The translations under genes were made by a program, and so were the position numbers. DNA of 60,727 nt, the filler included, from Basidiobolus ranarum (Eukaryota), in NCBI GenBank assembly GCA_040143965.1. It is 14 parts of 14 records of this genome, joined end to end, with 100 filler letters (N's around TTAATTAATTAA, not from the genome) between each part and the next. Parts side by side here need not be neighbours in the genome. Positions count along the whole stretch, not along the records: positions 56,494 to 60,727 come from JASJQH010002059.1; 13 more parts are not named here. One strand, given 5' to 3'. Shown in pieces: positions 59,608 to 60,727 of the stretch (the stretch's first letter is position 1; each line of letters begins with the position of its first letter). The notes beneath the pieces were generated by a model that was not told the origin of the DNA, ran no database searches, and was given only the letters and a program-made list of their open reading frames with translations.

Positions 59608-60727
59608 TCTAATCTAGAATTACACCTTGTAAATTACCCCTCTCTCCCTCCTTCTCATTTAAAATGCGAAAACTATTCATGATATAACGTACTCCACATG
59701 TCACCTCAAGCTACATTTCTGGAATTCGCGTAATTACTTTCCGTCAATCTGTACATAACCCTAATCATACATCTCACAAACTTCATTTAATTAGCTTCTT
59801 GAAGTTGTAAAATGAAAGTGTAAAAACTACCAACTGCGTAGCAATAAAATAGATTTTCTGATTTGAATATATAAATATGTATTTGCCAGTCACTTGGATG
59901 GTGCAGGGAGCCGGCAAATCGTTTGTACTTATTACCCAAACTGTGGAAATGGAATCCAGCCCAGATCTATTAAATGGACGATTAACAGGTAAATTTAAAG
60001 TCATAAAGAAATTTTATATATCGAAAGAATAGAAATGCTATACATATCGAGTGGGGGAGATTTTGTTTTGTACCAATCAGAGTTTAAATAACGAGAAAGG
60101 TAATATTGAAATAAGAACCCCAATTTTCACTACTAATTCATTAGAATTCTTGGTATTTTTACAATCTCCTTCATTTTAACTTGTTCATAAAGCATCTTCT
60201 CATCTACCAGTTGTGAATCGCAAATTCTTCCAACTCTGTCCAATCTTGAAGTCATCTGTAGCAGTTCCTGTTTGAAGATGGTTAAACCTGTAAGATAACA
60301 ATGTTATGCTGTAATTGGGAGTGGCCTTGCCTTTTATAGGTTCCGATTTTTAATCAACAAATGTTGGATAGCAGCTACCGAATTTAGCGCTCTATTGATG
60401 GATCTCATTTAACATATCTCAGAGTCTGAAATACTCCCCGGATTCGTGTTGATCATCATAAATTCTAACTATACTTCGAATAATATGAGAACTTCGACCA
60501 TCATATGTACCCCAATATGCATGATGACTAACTAGAAATAAAACTTCGGGTAATACGAGAACTCATCTGCCAATGTCACAGTGCATCAATTAGAATATTG
60601 CATACCAGTTTTGGAACTATTTTGGATCTGGTGAATCATCAGGTATTATGCAACTTCCTTTGAATCCAATATATTTATTATGAAGATTTTAATTTAAATG
60701 AAAAACTATACATTGCTTGATTTAGAG

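Noticed and set aside
59783..60300. Possible minus-strand exons downstream of the carrier
   Set aside because: Short open stretches with one acceptor-like site, but no coherent gene model or homology.

Overview
This is not one locus. It is 14 unrelated contigs of about 4.23-4.26 kb, sorted by decreasing length and joined by artificial 100-bp linkers (N44-TTAATTAATTAA-N44). The source is an AT-rich eukaryote with short GT-AG introns. The gene content (metazoan-type 4E-BP, augmin HAUS2, GT17, proteinase-K-type subtilisins, alpha-arrestin, PCL-type cyclin) points to an early-diverging fungus, possibly Basidiobolus-like; this is inference only. A large share of the window is decayed, CpG-depleted repeat. 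It is dominated by one Ty1/Copia family with ~350-bp LTRs and a Ty5/copia-type half-tRNAi-Met PBS, plus several unclassified repeat families with nested insertions. Host genes read from the sequence, many spliced and missed by the ORF track: alpha-arrestin, cyclin, RPL9 (partial), secreted intronless GMC oxidoreductase, NOG1 (partial), a CCDC117-like gene, Sec61 gamma, an R/G/Q/Y tandem-repeat protein (partial), two partial subtilisins, tRNA-Pro(CGG), a WW-domain protein (partial), 4E-BP, HAUS2, a 315-aa orphan helical protein, GT17 copies and an MTM1/SLC25A39-40 mitochondrial carrier. Pseudogenes: GH18, FMO and GT17. No multi-gene novel system can be supported, because adjacency across linkers is meaningless. 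The best leads are the selected repeat protein, the Cys-rich-loop carrier with an upstream ATCTGATAA site, the atypical GMC beside a GH18 relic, the orphan protein and the unclassified repeat family C.
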